This document shows positions 36,222 to 50,238 of a stretch of 64,000 bases of DNA, piece by piece. Position 1 is the first letter of the stretch. Each line of letters begins with the position of its first letter. The stretch is from contig NC_083236.1 of NCBI RefSeq assembly GCF_032191835.1, forward strand, positions 47,182,001 through 47,246,000, read 5' to 3'. The notes below the pieces were generated by a model. The model saw only the letters and a program-made list of their open reading frames with translations, was not told where the DNA came from and made no database searches. The DNA is from Heteronotia binoei (lineage: Eukaryota). The position numbers and the translations under genes are program-made.

Positions 36222-36897
36222 CCGACTGAGTAGATGGGGATTTAAAATTAGGTTCCCCCAACAGAGCATGAATCTCCTCACCTCTTGCCTTGGAAGTTGT
36301 CAGCTTGCCAGGAAGAGAGGAGGACAACACTCTCTCCCAAACGTGGCTTTAACGTGTGCAGATCTATCTGCCCTGGCTTTCAGGGTGAACTTTTGGCAAA
36401 TCTCACAAGTGCACACATTGTGATTTCCCCCCAAACAAATCAGGCAGTGATTATGTTCATCTTTCTGAGGCATCTTTGACCCACATCGGGTGCACTTTTT
36501 GAAGTCTGGGTGAGATGACATGATGGCAGTAATATCAAGAGCCGTCCAGAAATAAAGCAATGTCAGGGGATTGACAGAAATCACCCTTTCTTTTGAGAAA
36601 CAGTCACCTTTGTTTGTTTGTTTTTAACGTTTGTGAAGTTGACATTTTACCTTAGCGCAAGAACAGCGATAGCTGAACCAATCTCGTAGGCGGCTAAAAA
36701 GGAACTGAGGGAATGAGGGGCGGTACGTGTTTATAAAGGGGAAATTAGGCATGAAAATTCGTGCATGCTCGGTGCTCTTAGTGGACCGCCCCAGTTCTAG
36801 AAAAAAAAATTGAGCTAGAAGAATCAATCTCCGCGGCTGGCCTGCGCTTGCGCAATCCCAACGTGAGGCTGCACAGCAAGACGGACAATGAACATTG

Positions 36898-37845
36898 TTC
36901 ACAACTACACGCTCACAGGGATTTGACAGCAGAGGTGCCAAAGTGAGAGGTGCTCCAATGCTCCCTCTAAGCTGTGGAGTTTTGGAGAAAAAAATGTACT
37001 TGGTGAGCTACTGGCATTAAAGTTGTGAGCTGTGGCATAAATTAGTTTGCTCCAGGGCCATTTTTCCCTGGTTAAGACAAAAATGTGTGAGCTGGAGGCT
37101 AAAAAACTGTGAGCTAGCTCACACTAACTCAACTTAGAAGGAAAACTGGAGCCTGGGGCTCAGGCGATGCAAATTATGTACCCTTGTGGATCTGATGGTT
37201 AGGAAGAGGGTAACGAGAAAGGATCACACAACGTCCTCCTGGATTTGACAGCCAAGGGGTAAAAATGTGAGAGGTGCAGGGGCTCAGATTTTGCAAGTAC
37301 ATGCCCTTCCCGGATTTGACAGGAAGAGGATTAACATGAGAGAGGTGCTGGGTTCAGGTTCACAACTACACTGGTGGATTTGTCAGTCAGGAACAGGGTA
37401 GGAAAGAACAATGTGCTGGGTCTCAGGTTTACAAACACAGATCCAAAGGATGTATTTTACACAGCAAAGGAGTAAAAATGAGAGGAGCAAGGACATACAT
37501 CCTGGATTTGACAGGAAGAGGGTAAAAAGAAAAGGGGTACTGGGGCTGAGGATCACAGCTACAGGACAAAATGGATTTGACAGCAAAGGAGTAAAAATGA
37601 AAGGTGCTGGGGCTCACATTTTTAAAATTGTGCACCCTCCTGGATTTGACAGTTAGAAAGAAGGTAACAAACAAAGAAAGAGGTGCTGGGGCTCCAGTTC
37701 ACAACTGCATGTCCACATGGATTTGACAGCAAAGGAGTCAAAATACAAGGTGCTATGATAGCTCAGATTCTTCCCCCTGTATTTTACAGGAAGGGGTAAA
37801 AATTAGAAAGATACTGGGGCTCTTACACAGCCTCATAGATTTGAA
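36898..37845. repeat. Degenerate ~65-72 bp minisatellite, distal part (contains a MITE at 36957-37148)
   Basis: About ten recurrences of ggatttgacag with ggtgctggggctcag. Confidence 0.7.
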
Positions 37846-38361
37846 GTGGCTTGTTTTATTTATTTAAACATTTATATCCAATTTTTCCTCATGGTTCAAG
37901 GCAACTGACAATAATAGCAACAATAACATGTCAGTTAAAACCAAAAATAAAATACCAGCCCCTAAATCTCTCCCTCCTTAAAAATACCTGCCATTGCTAT
38001 TCAAAGGAAATTCTTTATAAAAATAGCAACTGAACCTGATTAAGGATCAAACAGGACTGAAATAACTACAGAGCTGCCCATCCCAATATAGCCTTATAAT
38101 TAGCTTGTTGTATAAGCTGTTTTCTGTTAATGACTGGACATTATTTTAAGGTTGTGTATTGTGGTTAAAGTTAGTCACTTGTCTCATTACTAGTGTTGTA
38201 AATAATGTCATTACTAAATTTTGAAAGACAGGTGTGGAAGGCAGTATTTTAGGAGAGCCGTTGTTAGATCTGTTTGGAATCAGAACTAGATGTGTAAAGC
38301 TCCATTTCCCATGAACTTCTGCAAACATTCAGAATGCTACTGGCTATAACAACCTTGTAAG

Positions 38362-38655
38362 AGCCCCGTGGTGCAGAGTGGTAAAGCTGCAGTACTGCAG
38401 TCTGAACTCTCTGCTCGCGACCTGAGTTCGATCCCGGCAGAAGCTGGGTTCAGGTAGCCGGCTCCAGGTTGACTCAGCCTTCCATCCTTTCGAGGTTGGT
38501 AAAACGAGTACCCAGCTTGCAGGGGGGAAAGTGTAGGTGCCTGGGGAAGGCAATGGCAAACCACCCCGTAAAAAGTCTGCTGCGAAAATGTGAAAGCAAC
38601 ATCACCCCAGAGACGGAAACGACTGGTGCTTGCACGGGGGACTACCTTTACCTTT
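38362..38655 (+). mobile_element. Sauria SINE, full length
   Basis: gagccccgtggtgcagagtggtaaagctgcagtactgc...gttcgatccc...ggcaatggcaaaccacc...acctttaccttt tail. Confidence 0.88.
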
Positions 38656-39044
38656 TTATAACACCATTGTAAGATAATCACAGAGTTCTTCATGTCAGCA
38701 CACCAAATGCATATGGTAACCCTTCCAAACAATTATGTATATTGTGAAAATGGCAATCTTTCCATAAACAGTGTAGACTAACTCTAAAAAAGGTAAAGGT
38801 AATCCCCTGTGCAAGTACCAGTTGTTTCTGACTCTGGGGTGACGTTGCTTTGATTTAATCCTTAGAATCTTGGCAACTGGGAAAAAACTGTGAGCCCCAG
38901 CTTATTGAGGTGACTGCATTTGGGTAACATGGCAAACTGGCCTGAAAACATCCTAAAGAAAAAAGTCGTCTTCAATCTTGGCTCTAGACACAGTATGAAG
39001 AAGAAGGACTCTCTCCTATAAAAGAATAAACCATCCTATGAACC

Positions 39045-39243
39045 TATGAAGCTGCTTTATTATACTGAATCAGACCAACTTCGGTCCATCCAAGTCAGTA
39101 TTGTCTACTCAGACTGGCACAGCGGCTCTCCAGGGTCTCAAGCTGAGGTTTTTCATGCCTGTTTGCCTGGACCATTTTTAGTTGGAAATGCTGGGGATTG
39201 AACCTGGGACCTTCTGCTGCTCTACCATTGAGCCACCGTCCCT
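39045..39243 (-). mobile_element. tRNA-headed SINE with CR1-like tail
   Basis: Reverse complement of ggtggctcaatggtagagc...cccaggttcaatcccc head; tail ctgattcagtata...gcagcttcatagg. Confidence 0.6.
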
Positions 39244-40144
39244 CCCATCCTTGTGCTCATCATTATAAGCTCCTTTCTTTGTGATGTCCAAACAGAGCCT
39301 TTTGTCAGTAATGAGGCTCAAAGGGAGCAATTATCTTTATTAGATGAATTTGAACCAGGCAGTTTGTATCAAGTTTGAATTAATACAGATTTTTTGAACC
39401 ATTTTCAGCTTTTGCAAACTGCACTTAAAACCTAACAGATATAACTGTGCTGTAAGTTCATTTAGTTCTAACTTGGCACAGGTCAGCCAGCAGCTTCATT
39501 ATATTAAAAAAAAAAACTGGGACAAAACACTGTCATAACTATAAATGGACACATAAAACTGAACATCTGTTGACTCTATTTTTCTCCTAGATGCAATATA
39601 GTGCTATTTTATATGGCAAGAAATAAAAACTGTTGATTGTAACATTTACACTAATATTTTCCACTACATTTTGGCTGCAGTTCTCTGTATACCTAACTAG
39701 AGAGAAATTCTGTGAATGCGGTAGAACCTTCTTCTGAATACATTGTATTGGATTGCACTAACTGTAAATATTAAAACCTTCATGCTGATAACTCTTTGGC
39801 ATATATGCCAGTTTTGAAATGTTTATCAGCAAGCTCTGATGTCTTGCAGGCATTTTAATTTTTTCGATAAGGGTTTTTTCTTTTTCTTTACCTGCAGGAC
39901 AGAATCCTTTCTCCCATCAAAGTGAGAGGTTCACTTTTTGACTTTATGAGCTTCCCAGTTGTTGTATTTCCCAGACTGGAGCAAGCAGCTTATTTATAGT
40001 AAGTATTTATCTTACCTTCCAAAAAATGCCAGTGAATATTTAGCAACTACCAATAAGAAGTTTCCATATTTTTAACTGGGGTCAATATAAATTAATATTC
40101 CAATTAAAAGTGTCTACTTGCATGAATATAGAGAGTATGAATAT

Positions 40145-40665
40145 AGGTGCATCTTTCCCATGAGGAAAGGCTAAAGAGTCTGAGACTAAGAGAGAACTTG
40201 ATAGAGGTTTATTAAATGATTCATGGGGTAGAAAAAACTGAAAGAGACAACTTTTTCTCCCTCCTGTACTACTAGAGCCAAGGGGTCACCCAATTAAATT
40301 GATTGGCAGTAGATTGAGGACAGATGAAAGGCAATTTACTCCTTTACTCGATTAATAATTAAATTATGGAATTCACTGCCAGAGGATGTAGTGATGGCCA
40401 CAAGCACAGATGGCTTTTAAAGGAGTTTAGATGGAGTCATGGAGGATAGGTCTGTCAGTGGCCACTAGTTGTGGTGGGTTCAAAGGGGACTTCCTTGTTC
40501 ATAGGTAATAAGCCTCTGAATTCCAGTGGCTAGGAGGCAGCTCCTTGGCCTCTATGCCCTGTTTGTTGGCCCTGAGGGGCAGCTGGTTGCCCGCTGTATA
40601 AAGCAGGATGCTGGACTCGATGGACCACTGATCTGATCCAGCAGGGCTTTTCTTGTGTTCGTAGG
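40145..40665 (+). mobile_element. CR1 LINE 3' fragment
   Basis: tatgaggaaaggctaaag...ggggtcaccc...tggaattcactgccagaggatgtagtg...ctggactcgatggacc...tgatccagcagggc. Confidence 0.75.
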
Positions 40666-43049
40666 AAGAAGACACTGTTTATTTGTTTCAAAAGTATAAA
40701 ACGTTGTAGGCTGTATGTCATTGCTAGAAAATTCCCTTAGAGAAGTATTTTGAAGTCCACTGAAAATGTTTTGCTAAATTTTGTAATCCATCTTTACCTT
40801 CTGTTTCTCAGCTTTTTGGTGGAGTTCCTTATATCCTTTCATTCCTCTGTATAAATGCATATTTTAAAGCTAAAATATATGTATTCTACACACACACACA
40901 CGCACTCTGATTTTGAATGTCTACCATCCTATATAGCTTTCTTTTTAGGTTTCTCCTGGTGAGAATTATATGGATTTTTTTTTAAAAAATCTAGACTTCA
41001 CTTTGCACTTTTGTGCTACTTGTACTCTGGTGGATTTTGCAATTTCTTTTGCAATTGAGTTGTAAAATGCATAAACAGACCATCAGATAATAGGCTGTCC
41101 TTTAACACTCTGAAACAACCATACATAAATACGATGTTCTCACAGTTAAAATGCTGTAGATGTAGATTTTGCCAGACAAAGAAGGATACAGATTGATTTG
41201 GTCTAAGCGTATCCTTGTGTCGAAACAACCTTTTTTGCACAGGCGTAGATAATGACAGTTTGTTTTGAATATTTCAGTAAAATAGTGCAATTCTAAAATG
41301 GAGTTGCACTCTTCCAAGTCCATTTCTGTCTGGAAGCAGAAGATAAACAACAAAATTATCTTATAACATTGTCAGGCAATGACATATGGAGTCCTGACAG
41401 CAGAGAAAACTGCAGATCTTGTTGCCATCTCCAAAGCATTTGGCGCGAACCTTGTATTATTTGCTTCATGATAGCTCAATTGACTGTTTAAAGTACTGCA
41501 GCTTGAATGGAGCCATTTTTACCTAGAAGAAAGACTGATTTATTTCATTAGAGCTTATTCCCAAGTAAGTGTTTAGGACCACAGTGTTCTAGCACTTTTG
41601 TGCATATTTACATAAGAATTTTATTTTAATTCTGTGGGTTTTGCTCCAGTGTTAGGTCCATAACTCTGGAATAAATAAATTGAAGATGACATACTTTGTT
41701 TAGCATGAATAGTGTTGCAATCTTGAAGATGTTTGCAGAAGGGTGAGTTTTGTTTGTCTCCTTCAAATGTGTAGATATAAGCATTACAAGGTATGTCTGA
41801 ATGTGATTAAAGTGCTGTTGAAGTTCTGGTCCCTTCTCACACTTTTTTTAATCTCTGGAATCTTCCTATGGCTAGTGAAAGAGGTGGTGTGAGTGGGAAG
41901 ACCTGGCTAGGTTCAGAAAATAATGAATGGAGGGGAGAATTGAAAGGAAGAACCTGCTCATATGAGTACATTTTCTGATATTTGTTTGGATCATCACTTT
42001 TGACTTATTTTTCCTTTGGGATACTAATACCAATAGTGAACAACATATCCGCCAAGAGATCATCTCTTGTATCATAATCATTTGTTGCTGTGGTGATCCA
42101 CACCAGGAAACATGGGGAAGTGGAAATATTGATGTAGGCATATATAAAATAACCAAGTAATATTAATAGTATGCCCGTGCTTTACTTTCAACCTTGTTTA
42201 TCCAGTCATCATATTTCCTTATATGTCTTAAATGTAGAACCTCAAACTGAAATCTGTCACTTATAAATAATTCCCATTATTCTTAAACCAGGGACATCTA
42301 CTATTAGGGTTATGGGTCACCTGTCAGGACTCTCTTGTTTCTTTCCATAACTATCTTTCAGTGTTAAACCTTTCTGTGAACAGCAGCTATCATAATTCAA
42401 AGTGATTAATACTCTTTGTACAAGTGATCATCTGTAGTGCAGTAGAAAACAGTAGTCCTATAGCTGCATGTTTGTTTATAGCAGATATCCTTTTCATTCT
42501 CTTAAGTAATATTCCCAAATATGTGAAAGCAAGTTTGATTGGTAATCTAATCCAGCATGTTTAAGATTGGTTTGCTATACTGTAGTTCTAAGTACTTATA
42601 TTAAATTCAATATTAATCAGTGTGACATTCCCCAAGGATAATTTTTTAAAACAGGCATCTGTCTGAAATGGGTTTGCTCAGAAATAAATCCTACTTAGTT
42701 GAAAGGGCCTTACTTCCCAAGGAAGTAGTCTTCTAGAGCAATGCAGTGGAAGTTCCTCTGTGTTGCTTGAAGCTTAGTGCTAAGTAAGTTGGTGCAGCCT
42801 TTGTGTCATAAACATTAGAAAATAATTAACCTCACCCCTGAAGCTCCTATAGCTGTTCTGAATATGCATACTCATACTGTTCTTAATACTCTGATGGGGC
42901 ATGCAGTCCTTTCTGAGATCTGGTGCTCTTCCACCCCAGCATTTTCTTAAAAACATTCCCAACCATTGCCTTGATGACTTCAGCAGAGGCAAAGCCTAGC
43001 CCCTCATTAATTCTAAGTCTTATTTTTAAATGTGTGTGTACTTGTATGC

Positions 43050-43235
43050 CTGCATGTCATGGTGACTTCTTGGTGATCCCTACTGGGGCTTGGATGATTT
43101 GATATGCCTGCCTCTGTGTCCCAGCCCTGGTGTTCCCTTTGGAGGTCTCCCTTCCAAGTACTTGCCAGTGTCAGCCCTGCTTAGCTTCCTAGATCTGATG
43201 AGAGCAGGCTTGTTGGGGCTATCCAGGTCAGGGCA
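43050..43235 (-). mobile_element. 5S rRNA-derived SINE (5S-Sauria-like)
   Basis: Reverse complement carries the 5S head gatct...gaagctaagcagggctgac...agtacttgg..gggagacc. Confidence 0.65.
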
Positions 43236-46200
43236 TTAATTCTAAGTCTTGAGAATTTCAACAGGAAGCTTGTCATCCTCTTCTGCACCACCAATTCGAG
43301 TCTCATCTCTTGCTATAATATTATTTCGATGCTTGCCCCAGGCACCAATGCACGCAAGATTTATAGAGCCGGCCATTCTTCAGTAATCTGGGTTGTGCTG
43401 TGTACTTACCACTGGCACAGACTGCGCACGTGTAGTGCTGTGCTACTATTTCACCCAGCCCTCAGCTTGCATTAAAAGACTAACATAATCGTATTGAGAG
43501 AAAGCATTTAGAGAGCTATAATCCAGTGGTCTTCCTGAATGACTTTTATATAATGAAAATCTGTGAAGGGTAAATATGTTGATGAGGAGCTTCACAAATA
43601 TTTGTTTATATACAAATTATTACTTTTGCTTTCTTTTTTAAAAATAAAAGCTCCCAGCCTTCTGGCTAAAAATTTAAGAACTCTTGGATTTTGCTTGGAA
43701 CACGCACCTGTTGTATAGTTTTCCAGATTTTGTTATTTTGAACTTTAACCCCGTAAATGAGAATATTTTCGTCATTCTTCAATCCCTCCTCCTGGTTATG
43801 ACGTGCCAGATCCCAACATGACCAAAAGCAGATTAAATATTTGTGCCTATTTAGCTTATGCGTACATTTACATTCCATGGCCTGGCTGTAGCCAGCTTGG
43901 TTTCAGTAAGAGCACAGTAGGCTCAGCTGTCACTGAATTCCTCATTTCTGTCTCCTCCACAAACTTACAAAATGATTTTGCTAGCATATAGCCTGGTGCA
44001 GTGATTGTGTAGTGCCAGTGTAGGGCAGGCTGCTGAAGTTAATACCTTGTTTTATGCACTTTTGTAAGAGAGCCATTAATTTCATTAATCCCTGTGAGAC
44101 TTCCAAGTAAGTGTGATGTAGCTGTAACAGATTTCTGACAATTAATATAGATACTATACTTTATACCATAGTATAGATAGAAGTAATGCAGGTGCTAGGA
44201 AAATGGAGCCTGCAATCCTTTACTAAACTAAACATATATCCACTGTGTTATATTTTGACCATGTAATGCTCTATTTTATTTGTCCAGAGATTAAATTAAA
44301 ACAATTTATGGAATTAACTGAATACTAACACAGTTAAGTTTGAGAATGCCAGAAGTTTCACACTTTGGGTTCTTTCACACACCGACTGGTTCGCAAGTGG
44401 ATTTTGCTGTTCTTACACAGTAAAAATCCATTTGCAAAGCATGTTATTTAGTGTGTGTGAACACACCCTTTGGTTTTGCAGACATACAACAGTAAATTCT
44501 TCTCAGGGCATATGCCAATATGTAGAATTTACAATGATTCTGTAATCTCATGCAGTATTTTTGCCTTAACAGTGAAGGACAGAATTTGAGTTATCTGCAT
44601 CATCGAAGAGATTCAGTATGGAGTATAACTCTGTTTGATTGATAAGCTTATGCCCAAACATCTGTCATTTAAAAAAAAAAAAGACTGTTGTAAACAGACT
44701 GGCAAGTTAGCAGAACAGACTTTATTTTAAATAAATAATAGCAATGGGCTTGATCCCAATGGAAAGCAGCATTCTTACGCAAATAGAATGGTGCCAGCTC
44801 ATTGCAATAATTTAACACTTCCACATTCATATTAAAGTGATTCTGTAACAGATTGTGGGGGAGGATGGAAATAAAACTCAAATGTGCTTTCTCCCCCCCA
44901 CCCCCACACTCCTTTTGTATTGAACACTTGTAACTGCTGGGCTACCATCACAGCCAAAATACTTCACTTTGTCATACTCTGTAAAACACAGTAAAGTTTG
45001 ATCTGTAAAAAACAATACCTTATTTACAAAAATGATCCCCCTCCCCGTGTTTTCCAATGAAAATATACATTCTTAACAATGATAAAAATTGGTAAGGCTG
45101 TAAACATAGAAGAATCATCAGGACTTTCAATTTTTTTAAAAAGTGGTTTCAAACAGAAGCCCCCAAACTAACCTTTGAATTAATGTTTCTCTTTACAATG
45201 TATTCAGCAGATCAATAAATTATAGTTCTAATGGCTGCACCACTTTTAATGTAATGTCTTTGCTGATGAGCTCTTATTTCTTAAAAAATAGTCAACTATA
45301 TAATAGTTCAACAATTGAGGTAGGCCTCTGAAAACCCTCTGGAAAGGATTGGGGATATGCCAGTCTTCCATTTTTGTCAGTAGCAAGTAACTATGGATGT
45401 GATAAACTGGGTTCTGACTTGAATGGCCTAAAAAGAACAGTGGGTACTAACAATCCCTTTGAAATTATTCCAAGTTAGTTTTCAAGAGAATGGTTACTAT
45501 ACCACTCTATGTATACAAAAAAATCCTTCCAACTCCAGGTAGTTTCTCTCCTGTTATTTCCGTAGGAAGATCACATGTAAAGTGGAACATGTTCCCTGCC
45601 TCCCTATACTTTTAATAGGTTGCAATCCTAAGAACACCCTCCTAAGAATAAGCCCCATTTAATAAAATAGGGCTTATGTCTTCTGAATAGACCTGCTCAG
45701 GTGTTTCAGCCTCGTGCACAGCAAACTGAACATGCAAAATGGCAACCGTTTATATAACTCTTATAGGTTCATCTGATCACCTTCATTAATTGTAGGCTAT
45801 ACGTGCAGTTGTACTGGGCATGCCTGGGAGATTAATCTTGAGGACATTAACTAATTAGATGGTGACAATCCTTTGTCATTCAAGTCTATCTTTAGACAAG
45901 ACACTCAAGTCTACGGACATTAACCTACGTAAGCCCAGATGATGGTAGTGACGTTCTTGAGGAACAGACAAGTTAATGAGATGTAAAATTTACAGCATGG
46001 CCTAGGGAGTATGAATTGGAAATTTGTGTTAACTTGAATAAATTACTCAATTTTAACGCATGTTTTTTAAAAAGTCCCACTTATTTAAAGGAAAATAAAC
46101 CAAGTACATGTTCTGAGGAAAGGTGCCTGAATTAGTCAGCAGAATAGAGACTTATCTTGTCCAAGCATTTGTTCAGTTACAGATTTACAGAGAAAACTCC

Positions 46201-48511
46201 TTAATAATTTGCAAAACAAAAGGGGCAGATTTACACTTTAGAAACCTAGATTTAATTCCAGTAGCACCTTAGAGCCCAACAAAATTTTCAGAGTATAAAC
46301 TTTCAAGAGCCAAAGCTTCCTTTGTTTGATGCAGGAATTATAGTGGGTACAAAAGCCTTTTCGCTTCCTAGATGTGGATTTCTCAGTTCTTCCATTGTAC
46401 TTAAGAGTACAATGGTGAACCTCCATCTAGGACTCTAAATGAGCAAAGAAGGTAGAAGTTCATGATTGATACTTGATTGTTAATGGCCATCCTATCATGC
46501 AGGATAATTATCCTCCTGAGGCTTTTCCCTTCCATCTTTAACAACTTACAGTGCAGTCCTAAGCAGGTCTACTCAGAATTCCACTAAAATCTGCTTAATG
46601 GGACTTACTCCCAGGAAAATGTTCTTAGGATTGCACTGAAAGTCTATGAACAAGAAAGAGCTTTATGTGCAGGCATTTCACACGGTAGAGGAACTTGTAG
46701 CCCTTGTAGTCATGAATATAGCCACGGCATCCCTCTCGGTTTCCTTGAAATGATGGTCCGACTCAATAGCATCAATCTGAGCCTGTCTATGTACAGCTAG
46801 TCAGGCACAATAGCACCAGTAAATCTACACAGTTTGGTGTTATCTCTTTAGTTTCAAATGAAAGTCCACGTTCAATCCTCAGTACCCTCCCCACCCCCAC
46901 AAACCAATGGTACTTAAAGTCAATAAACTATCTTCATAATTTGAATGTAAGCAAGGCTGCAGTTGTAAAATTCAATTGCATGTAGTTCTGTGATCTTTTC
47001 TTGAGGGTTTCTCTTTCATATATTACATCAGTGGGGAATTCGAGGTGGGGGGGAGAAGTGTATTTAGCTTTTTCCTTGACTTGTTGTCCAGCTGCAAATT
47101 GCCACTATCACTCCTAAACTGCTATTACCTCTCTATTGAAGGAAAATTTAGCCTGACCTGCATGTGAGGGGCAATTTTCAGTCAGAAGATGAGACCAAGG
47201 GGAAGAGTTAAATGCCTTTTCTCCTCCTGTGTTAAATCATCTCCCCCCTTGATATCACAGACTCCACTGCTCCAGCCAGTTAAAGTATTAGTGGGGGGTA
47301 TATTATAGAACTGCACACGATACATAATTTTGCCCTCAATTGCATTTGCTTACTCAACATAGGATTTACTTTTGCAGGGCTATTTGGAATAGTACTCAAG
47401 GCTATTCAGTGGGGCTTGCTCCCAGGAAAGTGTTCATAGGACACCACTTAAGTCTCAGTTGTCAGCAGCCTCTACAACGCTTAAGAGATTTTTCTCATCT
47501 CAGCTGCACTTTTTGCAATTGCTCCTGCAACACACACCCACACGGCTGGTTTCATTGCTCTGGCTAATGGATGGCCTGCACCAGGAGCCTTTTAATCTAA
47601 AGAATGTGAATTAAGGAAGATGAATGGGTCAATCAATTGTAAACATATTTGCGTAGAAGCAAGTCATCATCATAAGCCCTCCCCCCAATCTGTGCACACT
47701 TAAGCTGCTTTGGGTCCCCATTGGGATGAAAGATGGAAGGTAAATAAAGTCAGTCAGTAAAGAAACAAAAAATATTCTCGATAAATATCAGTATGATTGG
47801 CAAACTGCATCCAGAACACATTTAACTGGCAATGTCTTGTGTTTGCATAGAATGAAATGTTGCAGACTCTGAAGTGAACGTGTTCAGGATTGGTCAGCAA
47901 ACTGGTTTAAATCCAAATGTTTTGGTTCAACTAGTTTGTTAAGAGCAGCTTGAAACTCCAGTTGTACTTTAACATGTTCAGAGAAACGCAGACCCTGCCA
48001 ACTGACACCAGCAGCCTATTCCCATGAATGATTACTGAAAAGTAAGTCTTACTGTTCTCAGTGGGGATTACGGAGGATTGCAGCTCTGTTTCCTGATTCT
48101 ATGCTGGTGTATAAAATTAATCCCACATTTCAGTGCAAACTGTGTTCCTGTGCACACTTTTTTGGGAATAAATTCCATCAGACTCAGGGTTGCACATTGC
48201 AAAGAAGCTAATGGAGCTAGCATCCCAATCCTAAACATGGGATACGATAGTTCCTTTGAAACTGATAGGACCTACTAACACACACTGTGGTTAAGATACT
48301 TGCCTTAAATTTATTTATTAATTAAAATACTTATATTCTTCCTTTTTCTTTGGATTTAAGAGGGCTAAAAATTCCAACAGGTACAAAACACAATAAAACT
48401 GGGGGGAAACGGCAGTAATATTAAAGTACTCTAACAGAACAGTTTGATTAGTAGTTTAGTGCCTTTACTTCCGAGTGACTGTGCTTAGTATGGAGGTGTA
48501 AGATCGGTGGT

Positions 48512-48725
48512 AATGGAAAGTGCCATCAAGTCATAGCTGACTTGTGATGACCCTGTGTTGTTTTCAAGGCAAGAGATGTTCAGAGGTGGTTTGCCATTGC
48601 CTGCCTCCACGTCACAACTCTAGTATTCTTTGGAGGTCTCCCATCCAAATATTAGCCAGGGCTGCCCCTGCTTAGCTTCTGAGATCTGAGGAGATCAGGT
48701 TAGCTTGGGCTATCCAGGTCAGGGC
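48512..48725 (-). mobile_element. 5S rRNA-derived SINE (5S-Sauria-like)
   Basis: Reverse complement: ctgatctcctcagatctcagaagctaagcaggggcagccctggctaatatttggatgggagacc (5S head) plus a ggcaatggcaaaccacc Sauria-type tail. Confidence 0.78.
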
Positions 48726-50238
48726 AGGTCTAAGATTAGTGATGGCTAATAGTTTGATCTAGATATAGGCTTGGAACTGTTGGGGGGGTTTTCTGTGAAC
48801 AGAAGGGGGTGTGAATTTCACCGACCTCCTCCATGGTGCTTCTGGAGAAGGGGGGTCCTCTGTTCCCCAGGAGGGGCATTTCAGGCTACAGTAGAAGCAG
48901 GGAGCTGAAGACATCACGCTCCATAGATGGAAACCCCCTCTGTCTACAAAAATGACTTGGGGAAGCCAAACCAGAATGAACTATAATTGGACCATCCTGG
49001 TCAGCATAATCTACAATGACAGCAGCTCTCAATGGTTTTAAGAGGTGCTGTGTTACCTAAAATCATTTAACTGGAAATGACAAGAATTGAGCTAGAGACA
49101 TCACAAACTGATGGATTGCATTTATCACTGCTAATCCAGGCACACTGTTAAAAAAAAGTAATGCAAGACCTTACATTTAGATCCAGGGGGTTGGATTAGT
49201 GTTTTTGCTTTTATGCATATGAAATTTGCAGGGTGCAATTTTAACCTGTAAAGTGTCTCTTATTTTGTTTAATGATCTCAGTCTTTATTAAGGGCGAATG
49301 TAGAGCTGTGTCTTATGTGCATTATTAGAGCAGAATCCTAAACAGAGTTATGCCCTTCTAATCCTAATGGGCAGAAGAGTTTATGTTTGGGACTGTACTC
49401 TGAACTGCTCACTGTTGCTGCTTAAGAGTTAGGAGGAAATGTTATTGGATAAGTTAGCATTCTGTATCAGAAATGTCTATATGATTTTGAATAAGAGTTG
49501 CTTGATGAATAAACTGTTTTCAACAAGCAACGGTGACAAAAAAAGCAGCTCTTCAGTTTAAAATCTTTGCGGGCATGGTCTTTCCTACACAGGAAAACAG
49601 ACATTTGTGGTGTACTTCATGAATCCACTGTAAATAACAGATTTATATAATCTGTGAAGAAATACACTTTAGATATAATATCTGAATTGGAAGCTGATAA
49701 ATCTCAGCTCATTGTGTGTGTGCTGTGTGTGGTTCAGAAAGGGAAAAAAATTCTCATTAGGTTTACATTCTTATTACATTTAAGACTCTCAAGTATCATG
49801 GGCCTCCTGTCAGCTACAAGTCCAAATGCTGCCATCTAAGGCCTGATCTTCTTCGTGGTCTCTGTGCTTCACACTCATGGGATAGTGCGCCTGCGCCGAT
49901 CCCCGAATCGGTATATGCAAAAGCCCGGGATTTTTTCGCGCCAGGCGCCAGCAGGCATGCGCAAGCGACCCACTGCACATGCCCACCGGCGCCCGCGCGG
50001 CAATCCCGCCAGTTCCTTTCTGACCGCTGCGCTAGAGAGGTTCCCTTTCTGATTCTCCGGTCGGTGAGAGCGATCTTTTTCTCTCTTTCAGCCCGTTTTG
50101 GATTTGTATATAGTTAGTTAGCGTTTTTGCTTTTAGTCCGGCGGATCGCCCTTTGGGGTGGTCCGCTTCCGTTTTTGACCTCCCTTTCTCTCAGACGTTT
50201 CTGAGTAAAAGGAAAAAGCTTTTCCCGCGCGACCGCTT

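Larger units (their letters stand above)
28201..36892 (-). mobile_element. Decayed DIRS1-like element (copy B, outer) with an internal inversion and a nested DIRS
   Basis: Matching ITRs at about 28250-28430 and 36700-36860; ORF1 from ATG 36521; RT (YLDD), RNase H and MT fragments at 29544-31528; YR split across an inversion; many stops and frameshifts. Confidence 0.92.

Noticed and set aside
36898-37845. CRISPR-like repeat-spacer array
   Set aside because: The units are degenerate along their whole length, there are no unique spacers or cas genes, and the context is vertebrate; it is a minisatellite.
38362-38440. tRNA genes at SINE heads (also 7432, 25210 and 39200)
   Set aside because: Only A/B-box remnants fused to SINE bodies; no complete cloverleaf.
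45820-45865. TAATC/TAATTA homeodomain-like sites as a photoreceptor enhancer for RGS9BP
   Set aside because: Short motifs are common in AT-rich DNA and there is no conservation evidence available here.
48620-48725. 5S rRNA gene
   Set aside because: A diverged 5S head joined to a Sauria-type tail and dispersed in three copies, so a SINE and not a functional rRNA.
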